Source: Thermoprotei archaeon (GTDB lineage Archaea; Thermoproteota; Thermoprotei; Thermoproteales; B15-G16). From it: a stretch of DNA of 64,000 nt. Positions 46,990 to 57,025 of the stretch are shown piece after piece (within the stretch, counting starts at the first letter, position 1; every line of letters begins with the position of its first letter). The stretch lies in assembly GCA_003649205.1 (NCBI GenBank), contig QMRC01000001.1, positions 285,081-349,080 of the forward strand, read 5' to 3'. The position numbers and the translations under genes are program-made. Below the pieces are notes generated by a model. It ran no database searches and was not told the origin of the DNA. It saw only the letters and a program-made list of their open reading frames with translations.

Positions 46990-47218
46990 GTACCAGTGTA
47001 AGAAGCATAAAGACGAGACCTATTATCAGAGCAATAGCCGCTAAATTCCTCTCACCAAACACTATGGGTATGGGCCCAATGAATACAACACCACCAACTC
47101 TAGCTCTACCTCTACCCATTATCGATAGAAGTAAACCTATGGTCAGCAATATGAAACCCATCACGATGATCAATATAGCTAGTACCATGTAGTTCATGTA
47201 CTTACCTCCATAAACCAA
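46964..47218 (-). CDS. DUF131-family small membrane protein
   Basis: Two TM segments around GGVVFIGPIPIVFG. Confidence 0.55.
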   Translation of the reverse strand: MVYGGKYMNYMVLAILIIVMGFILLTIGLLLSIMGRGRARVGGVVFIGPIPIVFGERNLAAIALIIGLVFMLLTLVLMLIHLVP

Positions 47219-48449
47219 GTGCTATCAGTACTATTGTAAGTACTCTCCTAAAACAACTTACTCTCAATCTAGGTTCAAGGTAGAACTTAACCAAGTACTT
47301 AACTCGTAGGAGTACATGAGGATGCATTGAGAGGAGAGAACTACGTAGTAGAGGTATCTTCCTACTATGTACTTCGCGAGAGAGAACCGAAGCTACGTCA
47401 TGAGAACACACCTTCACAAGAGCAGATGCTAGAGCTAGCGGATTGATCACCTCAAGTGAACGTATGTCAGCTCTTATCTCAAGGAATCTGCTAAAAATAG
47501 CAAAGACGTAGATCACGGCCACTAGGTAGATCAGTATTGTGAGTAGGAACTCAATAGGACTTCGATAGAATAGGTGTGTAATGACTAGTAGTCGAAGTAG
47601 GTACTCAGCTACAGCGAAGAGCCATACGTGAACGAAGTCTAGTCCTCTTACGTGACTAAGCTCGTGAGCTAGCACGGCCTCTAGCTCATCAATACTCAAC
47701 ATGGAGAGTAGACCATGAGATAGAACTAACATAGGTTTTGGTAGTGGTATGACAATAGCTAGTACTCGACCAGTAGGTAGTACCGATACTACTACTTCTC
47801 TTCCCATACCTAACTTTCTAGCTATTGGGTAGATAATAGATTTGAGAGGTAGCTCAGTGCCGCTCACAACTATGTTCTCTATGACGTACTTACTCAGTGT
47901 GAATCTCATCGCTAGTAGCATTACGAACCACATAGTGAAGGCTGTTACTATCACGAGGAGGGGAATGTACGTAATGTCTATAGGGCCGATGAAACACTGA
48001 GTAAGTACTAGAAGTGCTACTACTGTGAAGTAGCTAATAGCAAGTGAGAAGGGGCTAGCTACTGTTGTTAGGAACCACGTGAGGTAATTACTACCTTCAT
48101 GACAATGCCTGTGAATTCGAACAGTGTTTTTGTCTATCTTGGATAGTATCGATGTTATTATCGAGAGGTACTTTAGCTCACGTAGTGTCTTAGGGTTGAT
48201 AGGTTTCGATGAATATAGCTTGAAGATGATCTCTGATGTGTGTTGTTTCTCAATGACTAGAATTGAATTTACCTTTCGGAGCAAGATCTTAAGTCTATCA
48301 CTTGAAACTTCTAAGGGGGTTGGATCGTAATTGCTAAAGAGGTTGCTTATTAGCTTCACTGAGGGTGTACTGCATACCTGGTTATGTAGCTTGTACTCGT
48401 GAGGAGGTAGGGCATTGCTGCACTTCTGCCTTGCTGGTGTTTGCATCAA
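47202..48449 (-). CDS. M48-family (HtpX-like) membrane zinc metalloprotease
   Basis: HELSHV (HExxH) between TM segments. Confidence 0.75.
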   Translation of the reverse strand: MMQTPARQKCSNALPPHEYKLHNQVCSTPSVKLISNLFSNYDPTPLEVSSDRLKILLRKVNSILVIEKQHTSEIIFKLYSSKPINPKTLRELKYLSIITSILSKIDKNTVRIHRHCHEGSNYLTWFLTTVASPFSLAISYFTVVALLVLTQCFIGPIDITYIPLLVIVTAFTMWFVMLLAMRFTLSKYVIENIVVSGTELPLKSIIYPIARKLGMGREVVVSVLPTGRVLAIVIPLPKPMLVLSHGLLSMLSIDELEAVLAHELSHVRGLDFVHVWLFAVAEYLLRLLVITHLFYRSPIEFLLTILIYLVAVIYVFAIFSRFLEIRADIRSLEVINPLALASALVKVCSHDVASVLSREVHSRKIPLLRSSLLSMHPHVLLRVKYLVKFYLEPRLRVSCFRRVLTIVLIALGLWR

Positions 48450-48604
48450 TAGCCTGTGTCCTTACCAGGTTTATTTCGGTAACATTCAGATATTATACAG
48501 ATGACATTTAACTGATACAGACCCATGTACACACCCCTAGTCCTCACCTTACTTAACTGTTGACTTTATACCCATGAACTACAAATACACGACTTGGTAA
48601 TTAC

Positions 48605-50287
48605 ATGAGTGACCTGAGAATTGGTATAATCTTTGAGACCACAACAACGGAATCTATCAAGTTCAGAGTGTTCCCTCATTGCGAACACTTGATTACTGTT
48701 GGTAGTTTCGTTAAGGTACCTAACTACGACAAGAAGTGTAGTGGTGACGACTATGCACTTGCTAGAGTCGTTCACGTAACTAGGAAGAACTACCTCGCTG
48801 AGGAAAAGCTAGTCATTCACTTGACTAGTGATGAGTACCTCGAGCACATGAGGGAGAGAGGTTACCTAGTTGATAACATTACGGAGATAACCATTGCTAC
48901 AGCTGTCATAGTTGGTAGGGTGGTAGATGGTAGATTTGAGAAACCGAAGATACCACCTAAACCGTTTGACTACGTTTACTTTGCAGATGATGAATTCATT
49001 AAGTCTCAACTACTATCAGCACAGAGAAGTGAATCTCACATAGTGATTGGTTACATAAGAGGTCATCCGAGGATACCAGCTACAATTGATGCTGATAGAC
49101 TGGTTACTCAGCACTGTGCTATACTTGCCGCTACTGGTGGTGGTAAGTCATGGACTGCAGCTGTAATTTGTGAAGAGCTGTGTCACAGATTCAACATACC
49201 GATAGTAATCATCGATCCACATGGTGAGTATAGCTCTATGCAGGTACCTGCGTACATGGATCCCTTCTGCAAGTATTCTCTCAGTGAAGAGGAGAGAAAG
49301 TTAGCTGATTTAATAGCTAGTAGAGTTAAGGTGTTTGTACCTGCTAGGGTTAGTACTGAGATCTTCGATAAGTACTTTGAGAAGAGGTTTGGTGTTAAGA
49401 GGAGGTACACTAGAGTTGGTGTCTACCCTAGATTACTATCGTTTAGAGCATTGGTTAAGCTACTTGACTACTACTACGGTATTACTGAAGCTCAGAAGAG
49501 AGTTCTCGAGGAGGGTTGGAAGGAGATTCAGATTGGTGATTTATCGGGTGTTGAGTTTGAGGATGTTGACGAGTTGATTGATGAAGTTATTAGGCGTGGT
49601 GAGCACGCCGCACCTCCAGGTCCTGGCGGTAAGATGGCACTTCAAAGTCTTGAGACTAAGCTTAGGTTGCTCTTCCGTAATAGACCGTTCTTCATAACTA
49701 CTGTTGGTGAGGAATTTCGTGGTGAACAAATTAAGTTACTTAACATGAAGGAGATACTACTTGAACGAGGTATTGCTGTATTTGATCTAAGTGGTTTAGA
49801 TAGGGTGGATCAACAGGCCTTTGCATCTGTGATTCTCGATAGCATATTCTACCTCGCTACTCAGAGAAAAATACCACCGACCTTCATAATTGTTGAGGAA
49901 GCTCACGTATTTGCTCCTGTTGGTGAGGATGCTCCATCGAAGTACTCCCTAATGAGGATTGCCTCTGAAGGTAGAAAATTCATGATTGGACTATGCATAA
50001 TTTCTCAGAGACCATCTAGAGTTGATCCGAACATAACGTCGCAGTGCATGACTCAGATATTTAAGAGGATGATTAATCCGAAGGATCTACACTACGTTAA
50101 GATGGTTTCCGAGTCAATAACTGAGAGCGACATACTTGAGATCAAGGCTTTGAGTGATCAAGATGCATTAGTTACTGGTGTTAGTGTTCCCTTTACATTA
50201 CCTATTGTTGTTAGGAAGAGGTATACTGCTCATGGTGGTGCTGTTCTAAGCTTAAGAGTTGCGTTGGAGATGTTTGGTGGGGTGTAG
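48605..50287 (+). CDS. HerA/DUF87-type ATPase
   Basis: N-terminal barrel-like region, Walker A ILAATGGGKSWT, Walker B FIIVEEAH, and CIISQRPS. Confidence 0.8.
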   Translation: MSDLRIGIIFETTTTESIKFRVFPHCEHLITVGSFVKVPNYDKKCSGDDYALARVVHVTRKNYLAEEKLVIHLTSDEYLEHMRERGYLVDNITEITIATAVIVGRVVDGRFEKPKIPPKPFDYVYFADDEFIKSQLLSAQRSESHIVIGYIRGHPRIPATIDADRLVTQHCAILAATGGGKSWTAAVICEELCHRFNIPIVIIDPHGEYSSMQVPAYMDPFCKYSLSEEERKLADLIASRVKVFVPARVSTEIFDKYFEKRFGVKRRYTRVGVYPRLLSFRALVKLLDYYYGITEAQKRVLEEGWKEIQIGDLSGVEFEDVDELIDEVIRRGEHAAPPGPGGKMALQSLETKLRLLFRNRPFFITTVGEEFRGEQIKLLNMKEILLERGIAVFDLSGLDRVDQQAFASVILDSIFYLATQRKIPPTFIIVEEAHVFAPVGEDAPSKYSLMRIASEGRKFMIGLCIISQRPSRVDPNITSQCMTQIFKRMINPKDLHYVKMVSESITESDILEIKALSDQDALVTGVSVPFTLPIVVRKRYTAHGGAVLSLRVALEMFGGV

Positions 50288-50291
50288 GGGT

Positions 50292-51083
50292 ATGGTTAGT
50301 GCTTCACTTAGTGAGAGGGAGAGGGTGCTGTGGTCTAGGTATACGTGGTGTGAGCTTAAGAGCTTGATCCCTGAGTTGGCTGCTGTCATCATTCCTACCG
50401 GATCCATTGAACAGCATGGTCCTCACTTACCACTTGATACCGATGCCTACATTGCTGAGGAGCTTGCGATTAGAGTAGCTATGGAGTGTTGGAAGAAGGG
50501 ATTGAAGGTGCTGGTTGTGCCTACTGTTGTGATTGGTTGTAGTTCGCATTTCCTGCCTTATCCAGGTACGTTGACACTTAGCTTTGATACCTTCATGAAA
50601 TTACTTGAAGAGGTTTGTACATCAGTTATACACCATGGAGTTAAGAGGATTCTTCTCCTGAATGCTCATGGAGGGAATACGGAGTGTCTTCACTTAGTTG
50701 CTAGGAAGTTACGAGAGAGGTTTGACGTTGTAATTGCTGTTGTTAATTGGTGGGATCTCGCTCGTGATATTATTGAGGAGGTCTGTGAATCACCTATGTA
50801 CCATGCATGCGAGGTCGAGACCTCCCTTGCTCTAGCTCTCTCCCAGAGAGTGATTATGGAGTTAGCTAGAGGAGAGCTTAAGAAACCTAAATCTAGGTTC
50901 GAGAGTACGGACCTCACTAAGCCAGGTATGGTGTATGTATATAGAGGGAGAGGGAGAAAGGAATTGAGTACTGGTGCTGTTGGTTTACCTGAGAAAGCTA
51001 CCTACGATAAGGGTAGTAAAATACTTTCTACGCTAGTTACTAGACTGGTCGAGGTCATTGAAGATCTTGTGAAGCTTGGTTAG
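50292..51083 (+). CDS. Creatininase-family amidohydrolase
   Basis: PTGSIEQHGPHLPLDTD and NAHGGN motifs. ATG 50292 was chosen over track start 50259 because it removes the overlap with the upstream gene. Confidence 0.8.
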   Translation: MVSASLSERERVLWSRYTWCELKSLIPELAAVIIPTGSIEQHGPHLPLDTDAYIAEELAIRVAMECWKKGLKVLVVPTVVIGCSSHFLPYPGTLTLSFDTFMKLLEEVCTSVIHHGVKRILLLNAHGGNTECLHLVARKLRERFDVVIAVVNWWDLARDIIEEVCESPMYHACEVETSLALALSQRVIMELARGELKKPKSRFESTDLTKPGMVYVYRGRGRKELSTGAVGLPEKATYDKGSKILSTLVTRLVEVIEDLVKLG

Positions 51084-51132
51084 CGTATTAGTTTTCGGAA
51101 AGTTTTTAAGTGTGTAGTAAAGGGCTCAAGGT

Positions 51133-52296
51133 ATGGATTTCGAGCGTTTTATTCAAGAAAAGGTCGAGGAGATTAGGAGGGTTGTTGGTCCTGAGCGAGT
51201 TCTATGTGCTATTTCTGGTGGTGTTGATAGTACAACTACTGCATTCCTAGTTAAGAGAGCTATTGGGGATAGATTGGTACCTGTCATACTGGATACTGGA
51301 TTTCTTAGAGAGAATGAGGTTCAGGATGTTGTATCAACTCTTTCAGGTTACCTAGATTTGAAGGTTATTGACGTGAAGGATGTATTCTACAGGTATCTTC
51401 TCGGTTTAGAGGATGCTGAGGAGAAGAGAAAGACCTTTAGACACGTCTTCTACAGCGTGCTTGCTAAGGTAGCTAAGGAGTATGGATGTAGGTTTCTAGC
51501 TCAGGGAACTATTGCTCCTGACTGGATCGAGACCGTTAAAGGTATAAAGACTCAACATAATGTACTAACTCAACTAGGTCTTCAGGTCGAAGACCTCTAT
51601 GGCTTCTCCGTTATTGAGCCTCTACAGGATCTCTACAAGGACCAAGTTCGTGAAGTTGCTAGGAGATTAGGTGTTCCTGAGAAGATATTAAAGAGACAAC
51701 CATTTCCTGGTCCTGGTTTACTAGTTCGTTGTGTTGGTAGGGTTGATCTAGAGAAGTTAGATATCTTGAGAAAGGCTACAGCTGTTGTTGAGGAAATGCT
51801 ATTGAGTTTCTCTCCATCGCAGTACTTCGCAGTTATCCTAGATAACCAAGTCATCAGTGTGGGGTATGAAGGGAGGTTACGTGAAGTAGCCTGTAAGTAC
51901 TTCACCACAGGTGTCAATGTCAAGTACTTAGGTACCAAGGCAACAGGCGTGAGAGGTGGTTCAAGAGTATACGGTAGGGTACTAGCTATTGAGGCTAGGG
52001 ATCTCTGTGAGGTACCGTATAGCAAACTACATAATCTAGTAATGGATCTCGTCTCCTTAGACAACGAGATAACACATGTAATCCTCAAGATATGTGACAA
52101 CAATCCAGTTGGTAAGTACGTAATAGTCATTAGGTCAATTGAGACACGTGACTTTATGACAGCAACCATAAGTGAGATCCCCCTAAACTACCTCGAGAAA
52201 GTTAGCACCAAGATATGTGAAGTCTGTGGAGACTACGTAGCAGCAGTTTACTATGACATTACCTCGAAGCCACCTGCAACCATCGAGTTCGAGTAG
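51133..52296 (+). CDS. guaA: GMP synthase subunit B (ATP pyrophosphatase)
   Basis: PP-loop SGGVDSTT, QPFPGPGL, and C-terminal DITSKPPATIEFE. Confidence 0.85.
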   Translation: MDFERFIQEKVEEIRRVVGPERVLCAISGGVDSTTTAFLVKRAIGDRLVPVILDTGFLRENEVQDVVSTLSGYLDLKVIDVKDVFYRYLLGLEDAEEKRKTFRHVFYSVLAKVAKEYGCRFLAQGTIAPDWIETVKGIKTQHNVLTQLGLQVEDLYGFSVIEPLQDLYKDQVREVARRLGVPEKILKRQPFPGPGLLVRCVGRVDLEKLDILRKATAVVEEMLLSFSPSQYFAVILDNQVISVGYEGRLREVACKYFTTGVNVKYLGTKATGVRGGSRVYGRVLAIEARDLCEVPYSKLHNLVMDLVSLDNEITHVILKICDNNPVGKYVIVIRSIETRDFMTATISEIPLNYLEKVSTKICEVCGDYVAAVYYDITSKPPATIEFE

Positions 52297-52302
52297 ATCT
52301 CT

Positions 52303-52854
52303 ATGGTTACCGTACTCGTAGCCTCACTTATTGATCAGTGCGATCACTTAATAGCTAGGTCGCTGAAGGAGGTCGATGTAGAATCTGTACTGAAGCTAAA
52401 TACACAGGTAGCAGATGAGCTACTAGCTAGGTTTGATGTAGTTATTCTAGGTGGTAGACCATTTAGGTTACCGTATGACTGTCCGAAGATAATTAATGTA
52501 CCGACTACTGTCCTTAAATCAGGTAAACCTGTACTTGGTATATGTCTCGGACATCAACTAATTGCTTATGCTCATGAAGTATCCGCGGATCCATCTACGA
52601 GACCTGAGTATGGGCTTTCTGAGCTTATTGTAGACGAGATAAATGACCTCTACGTCAGTTTACCACGTCGATTTACAGTGCGGGAATCACATAATGACGA
52701 GGTTGAGGAAATTCCACAACTTCATAAACCTAGCATAAACTGCTACGTGCAGTTACTTAAACACGTCGAGAAATCAATATACACTATTCAGTACCATCTG
52801 GGGGTATACCATACGAAGTGTGTGAGAGTGAGATCTTCAGTATGTAGGAGGTAG
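52303..52854 (+). CDS. guaA: GMP synthase subunit A (class I glutamine amidotransferase), atypical active-site region
   Basis: GICLGHQL nucleophile elbow and SHNDEV. The expected FHPE reads YHLG. Confidence 0.65.
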   Translation: MVTVLVASLIDQCDHLIARSLKEVDVESVLKLNTQVADELLARFDVVILGGRPFRLPYDCPKIINVPTTVLKSGKPVLGICLGHQLIAYAHEVSADPSTRPEYGLSELIVDEINDLYVSLPRRFTVRESHNDEVEEIPQLHKPSINCYVQLLKHVEKSIYTIQYHLGVYHTKCVRVRSSVCRR

Positions 52855-52916
52855 ATCAGTAAGGTTTTTCACAATATGTACTACATCACAAAGAAAAGGA
52901 GTTGGAGGTCATGTAG

Positions 52917-54350
52917 ATGGTTAGTTTTCGTGATAAGTTAGTCCACGCACCGGTAGCTTATACCTTCCGCGACGTAATCATAGTTCCTGGATTTGCTGAG
53001 GTAGAGCCATCTGAGGTTGACCTCAGTACTAAGGTGACGAAGAGTTTCAGCATAAAGGTACCAATCGTATCTTCACCCATGGACACAGTAACCGAGGAGA
53101 GAATGGCTATAACACTAGCTAGATTAGGATCACTCGGTGTATTACACAGGAATTGCTCCAAGGAGCGAGCAATCGAGATGGCTAGAAACGTTAAGGAAGC
53201 TAGTGAAGTAATTGATTCAGTACCAACATTGAGTCCTAACGATAGTGTAGCTAGAGCGCTAGAGCTGATGAGAGAGTACGACATTGACGTGCTTCCTGTT
53301 GTCGATGGTGATGGTAGGTTACTAGGTACGGTCATAAAGGTTGATGTACTGCTCAGCTTATCAGAGGAACCCGTTGCGTCCATAGTGAGGAGAGATATCC
53401 CGATACTTGATACAGCAGCAGATGTGAGCTACGCAGCATCGCTAATGAGGGAGAGTAAGCTAACGGCATTACCTGTCGTGACTAAGGATGGGAGGTACCT
53501 AGGTTTCATAAGAGCTGAGATGCTCAGTACTAGAGAGAAAGGTGTTGAGCCATCTAGGGGTAGAGATGGGAGGTTACTGTGTGCAGCAGCTATATCACCC
53601 TTCGATATCGATAGAGCAAGAGCACTCGATAGGTACGTGGATATCCTAGTCATAGACGTAGCACACTTCCACAATAGAAACTGCATCAATGCAACTAAGA
53701 GGTTGGTAAAGGAGGTATCTGCAGATGTCGTGATCGGTAACATAGGTACGTACAAGGCTGCTGAAGATGTTGTGACAGGTATAGAGAGAGTAGATGGATT
53801 GAGGGTTGGTATTAGTTCAGGAAGTATATGCAGTACAGGAGAGGTAACGGGAGCAGCGGCACCAACACTCTTCGCAGTTGCTGAGGTCGCAGATGCGCTG
53901 AAGGACTACGGTTTGGAGATACCTGTAATAGCAGATGGTGGTATCAGGTCGGCTGCTGATGCAGCAAAGGCTTTTGCTGTTGGTGCTTGGTGTGTTATGT
54001 GTGGTTACCTCTTTGCTGGTTGTGATGAATCCCCCAGTCCAGTAGTTAGAATCGGCGGTAAGCTGTACAAGTACTACCGTGGTATGGGCTCACATGCAGC
54101 TAGAGTACAGCGGTACATACTCGATAGGTATAGTCCAGTAGCTAAGCACGTTGCTGAAGGTATTGAGGCTTTAGTACCGTACAGAGGACCTGTATCCAAG
54201 GTCTTAAGAGAGTTCGTGGCTGCTCTAAAGGCTGCTCTTGGATATGCAGGTGCGAAGTCCATTAGGGACATGTGGGAAAAAGCGAGAATAGCCGTAATTA
54301 CTGAGCAAGGTGCAGGAGAGATCAGACCTCATTCAGTGGAGCCGCTTTAA
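52917..54350 (+). CDS. guaB: IMP dehydrogenase
   Basis: SSPMDTVTE, tandem CBS insert, catalytic loop GISSGSICST, and IADGGIR. Confidence 0.9.
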   Translation: MVSFRDKLVHAPVAYTFRDVIIVPGFAEVEPSEVDLSTKVTKSFSIKVPIVSSPMDTVTEERMAITLARLGSLGVLHRNCSKERAIEMARNVKEASEVIDSVPTLSPNDSVARALELMREYDIDVLPVVDGDGRLLGTVIKVDVLLSLSEEPVASIVRRDIPILDTAADVSYAASLMRESKLTALPVVTKDGRYLGFIRAEMLSTREKGVEPSRGRDGRLLCAAAISPFDIDRARALDRYVDILVIDVAHFHNRNCINATKRLVKEVSADVVIGNIGTYKAAEDVVTGIERVDGLRVGISSGSICSTGEVTGAAAPTLFAVAEVADALKDYGLEIPVIADGGIRSAADAAKAFAVGAWCVMCGYLFAGCDESPSPVVRIGGKLYKYYRGMGSHAARVQRYILDRYSPVAKHVAEGIEALVPYRGPVSKVLREFVAALKAALGYAGAKSIRDMWEKARIAVITEQGAGEIRPHSVEPL

Positions 54351-54364
54351 TGCGTACCCACTGT

Positions 54365-55033
54365 CTAAGCTGTAGTTAATACACGGATGATGTTTTCATT
54401 GACGTAGGTAGCTAGCTTTCTGAGGACCATCTCCTCAGCTATACTCTTCACAGTATCTTTGCTAAGGATGAGGTCATAGTCCTCCTCAAATATTCTCTGT
54501 ATCTGATCTAGAGATACCTCAGCTATATTGCGTTCCTTTAGCGATGTAGTTAGTAAATCTATTACATCTTCGTAGAACTCCCATGGATAGATTACCCATA
54601 CCCACTCCCTAACTTCTTCAGCATAGAAGTTTGGTGGGTACTTACAGCTACTTGACTTGTAGTGGAGAACTGCTGTCTTAACTTCTCGCGGGTTACAGCA
54701 CTTCATCACGTAGTTGCTAGCGACTTTGAGTGTTTCTCCCGTATCAGCTACATCATCAACTAGTAGAACCCTCTTGTCATGAAGATTAACAGTGAGGGGA
54801 TTACGTATCTTTGGCTCCTTCTTCCTAACAGCTGTTCTCCAGTACTCAATCTGGAGACTAACCAAGTCAGTAACACCTAGGTAGTCACAGAGTAATCTCG
54901 CCGGTACGTATCCACCTCTTGCAACAGCAATTATGACATCAGGTATGTACTCCTCATTCCTTATCTTATGCGATAGTACTCTACAGAGTTCTGTAGCTCT
55001 TTCCCATGTGATGTAGATGCATCTAATCTTCAT
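54365..55033 (-). CDS. Purine phosphoribosyltransferase with C-terminal extension
   Basis: PRPP motif VLLVDDVADTGETL. Confidence 0.8.
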   Translation of the reverse strand: MKIRCIYITWERATELCRVLSHKIRNEEYIPDVIIAVARGGYVPARLLCDYLGVTDLVSLQIEYWRTAVRKKEPKIRNPLTVNLHDKRVLLVDDVADTGETLKVASNYVMKCCNPREVKTAVLHYKSSSCKYPPNFYAEEVREWVWVIYPWEFYEDVIDLLTTSLKERNIAEVSLDQIQRIFEEDYDLILSKDTVKSIAEEMVLRKLATYVNENIIRVLTTA

Positions 55034-55039
55034 GTACCT

Positions 55040-55726
55040 TTAGATTGACTTAACTCTGTAAATTACTTTCCCCTCTCTTTCAATCTTCTCTAAAACACCC
55101 TTCTCAACTAGCATCTCGAGAGCTTTCCTGTAGTAGAAGTCACCAACATCAATACCGTACCACTCCCTGAATGTATTGACGATCTCTTCATATGTCCACT
55201 CCTGCTTCTTATCCTTCTCCTCCCTTAGGAATCTCGTGATGAACTGAACAGTATCCTCAAGTCTAGTCCATGGGTATTGATACCAGATCCATTCCTTAAC
55301 TTCCTCAACGTAGTAATCTGGCTTCATCTTGCATACTGGTGAGATCCACTGCATTGTAGCTATCCTGAGTTCAGCTGGTTTCCAGTTCTCCAGTATGAAC
55401 TTCTTAGCTAGGATGAGGCTCTCACCTGTATCAGCAATATCATCGACGAGGAGAACCTTCTTACCACTTAGATCAACTGTGTATGGGAATTTCAGAATTG
55501 CCTTTTCTGCCATCTTAGCTGCTTCAGTCCAGTGCTGTGACTGGATTGAGAGTAGGTTCTCTACACCTAGGAAGTCGCAGAGTAATCTAGCTGGTGTGAA
55601 ACCACCTCTCGCAACGGCTACAATGACGTCGGGTTTGTACCCTGACTCCTTGATCTTCTCAGCTAACTTAGCGCACCACTCCACAATTTCATCCCATGAA
55701 ACTAACTTACACCTAACCTTAACCAT
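55040..55726 (-). CDS. Purine phosphoribosyltransferase with C-terminal wHTH-like extension (tandem paralog)
   Basis: VLLVDDIADTGESL; C-terminus ALEMLVEKGVLEKIEREGKVIYRV. Confidence 0.8.
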   Translation of the reverse strand: MVKVRCKLVSWDEIVEWCAKLAEKIKESGYKPDVIVAVARGGFTPARLLCDFLGVENLLSIQSQHWTEAAKMAEKAILKFPYTVDLSGKKVLLVDDIADTGESLILAKKFILENWKPAELRIATMQWISPVCKMKPDYYVEEVKEWIWYQYPWTRLEDTVQFITRFLREEKDKKQEWTYEEIVNTFREWYGIDVGDFYYRKALEMLVEKGVLEKIEREGKVIYRVKSI

Positions 55727-55798
55727 TTAATTCACCCATTAATGTAAAGTATTGGGACGGTATTTTAGTGTTAACTAAGTACCTCATATATCGTTTCA

Positions 55799-57019
55799 TT
55801 AATTAATTAAATGATTTAGAGTACGGAGGTAGTTAAGTAGTTGAGGAATTAGGTAGTGACCACGTTCGCTTATTAGGCCTGTGCCTAGTACATCACTTAC
55901 CCAGATACCTCTAGCGACTTCCTTCTCAAGTTCGTACCTCATGTAGTAGCCACGTATCATCATGTGGAGTAGTATTGATACTGATGTTGTCGTTATGATT
56001 AGCGTGTAGATCGGTGTTGGAAGTTTATGAATTGCAAAGTAGGTTGGTACTCTGCTAAGTACTTCAGCTATGTAGTTGAGCAACATGTTTTTCGCAGTAT
56101 CACTGATTTGTATTCTGTAGAACTTCTCCAGTGCGTAGCTAATTGTTGGTGCTGATACGAATTCTCTACGGAATACATCGGGTAACTTCAACACACCATA
56201 CTTGAGGTAGGGCCTCATCAACGTGCTGTAAAGTACCTGGTATAGCTCACGTACAATGTCTTCAGGTATCTGAAGTGAAGTCCATATTTCCTCAAGTTCT
56301 TGAAGTAATGGCTTTACGTACAGGACGTTACCTAGAACGTGATACTTTGCTGTATGTAGAGTGAAGTAGAGCTTTAGAGGGAGCCTCACTAATTCCCTTA
56401 CGAAGTTCTGGGTAGGTACTTGCCGTAGTATTTCTCCTATGGTAGTACCTATCCTATTGAGTAGTTCTCTTCTGTGAAGTGGAGATAGTACGACTTGACC
56501 TTTATTATCTAGAGGTACTTGAGGGGAAATGTTGGGTATTATCTTCAGGTACTCATCTAGGAACTTAAGTTCTCTGAGTATGGAGTTTACGTATGTGAGG
56601 TCTACGGTAGCTCCTTCAGTAAATGTGCCTGGACAATTGAGAACGTCTACGATGAGTATGTCTTCATGTTTTAGGTAACCCATGAATAGTGGGTATACTC
56701 GACAGTAGTTTGGTCTCTTATCGTATATCATGCAGCAACCCACATCATCTACATACTTGAAGAATGGACATCTCTGGAGAAATACCGACTCAACTCTCCT
56801 CCTAGGTGAGAGTACGTACCTAGGTCCTGCACTGAGTGCTTGATCTCTCTGGTACTTGATCACTATATAGGATTTAAGCCAAGGATACTCACTTGTGAGG
56901 AATTTAACCTCACTTGGACATAGCTCAACTCCAGAGTAACAGCAGGTACCACAGCGTAAGCACTTGAAACTTTTACCACTTACCGTTACGATAAACCTCA
57001 AGTTACTACCTCCCTTCAC
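55799..57019 (-). CDS. YkgJ/UPF0153 (CxxCxxCC) family Fe-S/zinc protein with long C-terminal domain
   Basis: KCLRCGTCC and CPFF...CCMIYDKRPNYCRVYP. Confidence 0.65.
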   Translation of the reverse strand: MKGGSNLRFIVTVSGKSFKCLRCGTCCYSGVELCPSEVKFLTSEYPWLKSYIVIKYQRDQALSAGPRYVLSPRRRVESVFLQRCPFFKYVDDVGCCMIYDKRPNYCRVYPLFMGYLKHEDILIVDVLNCPGTFTEGATVDLTYVNSILRELKFLDEYLKIIPNISPQVPLDNKGQVVLSPLHRRELLNRIGTTIGEILRQVPTQNFVRELVRLPLKLYFTLHTAKYHVLGNVLYVKPLLQELEEIWTSLQIPEDIVRELYQVLYSTLMRPYLKYGVLKLPDVFRREFVSAPTISYALEKFYRIQISDTAKNMLLNYIAEVLSRVPTYFAIHKLPTPIYTLIITTTSVSILLHMMIRGYYMRYELEKEVARGIWVSDVLGTGLISERGHYLIPQLLNYLRTLNHLIN

Positions 57020-57025
57020 TATATC

